A stretch of 64,000 nucleotides of DNA from the NCBI GenBank assembly GCA_010909165.1, contig MU008190.1:531166-595165 (forward strand). Reading direction: 5' to 3'. The notes under the pieces are model-generated. The model had not been told where the DNA came from. It worked only from the letters and a program-made list of their open reading frames with translations, and ran no database searches. Shown piece by piece: positions 62,936 through 64,000 of the stretch. Numbering within the stretch: the stretch's first letter is position 1; each line of letters begins with the position of its first letter. The stretch is from Anthoceros angustus (lineage: Eukaryota > Plantae > Anthocerotophyta). The position numbers were made by a program, and so were the translations under genes.

Positions 62936-64000
62936 AGCTCGGCGCCTCCCTGCACCGGGCCATCTTCCCCTCCCGGCCTTCCTTCCTCCGGAGCATTTTC
63001 CCTTACACCCCATAAGAGCTGAAGAGGGAAGGCGCAAGTTGGGCAACGGAAAGAAAAATTGGAAGACATGTCTACTACGACATTATTCATGTACTTTTCT
63101 TTCACGCTCTTTCGCAAACAGGGTATAAGCTATTGAAGGTTCCTCGGTTTCAGCTTGACAGTGATTTCGTGAATTTTGGGATAGTACCAGACTATTAAAC
63201 ACCTATTTCAGCCCAAGAGCTTGAAGTGGAAACAAGGCAAGCCAAACCCTTTGTAGTCCACAAACCAAACTCCGAGGGCGTTTTCAGCAACCGAGAATGC
63301 AAAAGAAGCGAGTCACTCGAACGGAACCAATTGCATGGGGCGTTCGCCCAATTCGAATGGGTATCATAAAATTGCCCGCGTCAATCAAAAACTAAATCAA
63401 CGATCTTGTAAAATGAGCAGGAAATGTGACGTACTTTGATTACACAGCCCGTCCAAAAGCGTCAAAACAATATAAAAAAGGACACATACAACCTTGTGCA
63501 GTTACGCATTTACGAAGGAAAAGAATCCTTCGTCCAAAGACATTTGCCGAAATCGCGCCTTCCGAGCCCGTCGAGGGTGGTGTCCAAAAATGTCGGACGT
63601 CCGTGCCACATAGACGAATCCTCCACCGCTCATACTACGGCATGTGATTGATACAAAACGGAAGATTGTAAAGTGGACAATTCAACTATTCTTGTAAGGG
63701 TGGAGAAGTCATGACCAAACGTCCTTTCTCGAGGCACGTCTCGGATGTAAAATGGTGCGATTGGGAGTTGATTTGGTGCTTGCTACAACTACAGGAGGAT
63801 AATTGTCATCAATTGAAATCGAGGGAACCCATTAAGATGAATGAAGTACCTCATGATCTATGAATCTTGTCCTCTGAAACTTTGATCTGGGTTAACCCAG
63901 ATCACTATGGTTAAACCTCCACCAGCAAATAGTACAAACTATTTAGCCACGCTGCTTAGGAGGTGTAACCTAGATCTCAGGGTCGTTTGGCCCGAAGTTC

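Noticed and set aside
63130-64000. Possible host gene or DNA transposon
   Set aside because: No recognisable domain, terminal repeat or splice structure.

Overview
This window is eukaryotic, almost certainly land-plant, and nearly all nested retrotransposon DNA. The assembly is indel-rich, so almost every ORF is frameshifted, and I found no supportable host gene. The main element is a complete Athila-like (non-chromovirus Ty3/Gypsy) LTR retrotransposon at 33395-59493 (+), with TSD AAGAG, a tRNA-Asp PBS, a PPT and gag-PR-RT-RH-IN. Its LTRs are about 5.2 kb. Each LTR carries, in U3, an array of 14-bp palindromes (CCTACCnnGGTAGG), a candidate G-box/TATA promoter and a reconstructable ~950-aa ORF (globular N-terminal domain plus long coiled coil). 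This LTR-borne gene with its palindrome array is the best candidate for an undescribed system. The Gypsy element sits inside Ty1/Copia element A, and Copia element B (49761-56870, TSD GATGA) sits inside its 3' LTR. Positions 1-20635 hold a minus-strand tandem array of a non-autonomous, internally deleted, mosaic partner with the same LTR. Degraded L1-like LINE remnants lie at about 25.6-30.0 kb and 61.7-62.4 kb. Several jump-back duplications and k-mer mosaics are probably assembly or read-correction artefacts. All identifications are by eye from motifs; no database search was run.
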